Positions 57,889 through 58,360 of a stretch of DNA of 58,360 bases are shown here, piece by piece (position 1 is the first letter of the stretch; every line of letters begins with the position of its first letter). Below the pieces are notes generated by a model. That model was not told the origin of the DNA. It saw only the letters and a program-made list of their open reading frames with translations, and made no database searches. This stretch comes from a virus. Its lineage: Duplodnaviria > Caudoviricetes. The stretch spans positions 1 to 58,360 of the IMG/VR virus record IMGVR_UViG_3300016472_001092. One strand, 5' to 3'. A program made the position numbers and the translations under genes.

Positions 57889-58360
57889 ATGTATGATTAC
57901 ACAATCGTCGGATCTGGTTTAACGGGTTCGACGTTTGCTCATTTAGCAAACGCATCAGGAAAAAAGTGTCTTGTAATTGACAAACGAGATCACATCGGAG
58001 GAAATTGTTACACAAAAAAAATTGAAGACATAAACGTTCATGTTTATGGACCTCACATTTTTCACACGTCAAATAAAGACATTTGGAGTTTTATAAACAG
58101 GTTCTCTGAGTTCAATCATTATGTTAATAGGACAAAAGTAATTTCAAAAGGAAACATTTACTCTTTTCCAATAAACATGATGACTCTTTACCAGATGTGG
58201 GGAGTAAAAACCCCAGAAGAAGCAAAAAGAAAATTAAAAGAAGAATCAGAAAAATACGCAAAAATATATCCTTATCCAAAAAACATGGAAGAGTGGGCTC
58301 TTAGTCAAATTGGTAAGGAACTGTATGAAACGTTTGTCTATGGATACACAACAAAACAAT
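57889..58360 (+). CDS. glf: UDP-galactopyranose mutase (partial; runs off the window end)
   Basis: Not in the ORF track. Manual translation gives MYDYTIVGSGLTGSTFA...KKCLVIDKRDHIGGNCYT...VHVYGPHIFHT...YSFPIN...GYTTKQ. Confidence 0.92.
   Translation, partial: MYDYTIVGSGLTGSTFAHLANASGKKCLVIDKRDHIGGNCYTKKIEDINVHVYGPHIFHTSNKDIWSFINRFSEFNHYVNRTKVISKGNIYSFPINMMTLYQMWGVKTPEEAKRKLKEESEKYAKIYPYPKNMEEWALSQIGKELYETFVYGYTTKQ

Noticed and set aside
39881-58360. Bacterial O-antigen locus flanking a prophage, or a eukaryotic giant virus
   Set aside because: No integrase, att site, membrane exporters or housekeeping genes are seen. SD sites and T4-like portal, terminase and capsid genes indicate a bacteriophage.
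1-58360. tRNA or rRNA genes
   Set aside because: Intergenic gaps are short (about 130 bp at most) and none showed cloverleaf or T-loop signatures by eye.

Overview
This window is part of a large, AT-rich tailed dsDNA phage genome with a T4-superfamily head module, read in the standard genetic code. It has two divergently transcribed arms that meet at an AT-rich gap near 39.8 kb. The minus-strand arm (1-39.75 kb) encodes the N-terminus of a gp23-like major capsid protein, an acidic scaffold, small head proteins, the prohead protease, a portal interrupted by a 376-aa HNH-bearing intein and the large terminase. It continues with an Mre11/SbcD-Rad50/SbcC fusion gene split by a free-standing endonuclease, primase, a RuvC-like resolvase, a methyltransferase, a gp4-like head-completion nuclease and six probable tail/baseplate proteins. 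It ends with PIN-PhoH, an Hc1-like protein, a DinG-like helicase, ClpP and a degenerate GroEL-like protein; one small sigma-region-4 gene in this arm lies on the plus strand. The plus-strand arm (39.9-58.4 kb) is an 18-kb or larger glycan cluster: about ten glycosyltransferases, an rmlA/rmlB/epimerase-reductase rhamnose pathway, two UDP-sugar dehydrogenases, two further epimerases, a carbamoyltransferase and glf. The most striking feature is the split nuclease, whose new termini are charge-complementary alternating peptides (EVEIEIDEDD and MGKKIKIKVKK), suggesting an intein-free way of reassembling a protein broken by a selfish endonuclease. All product calls come from motif recognition by eye; no database searches were run.
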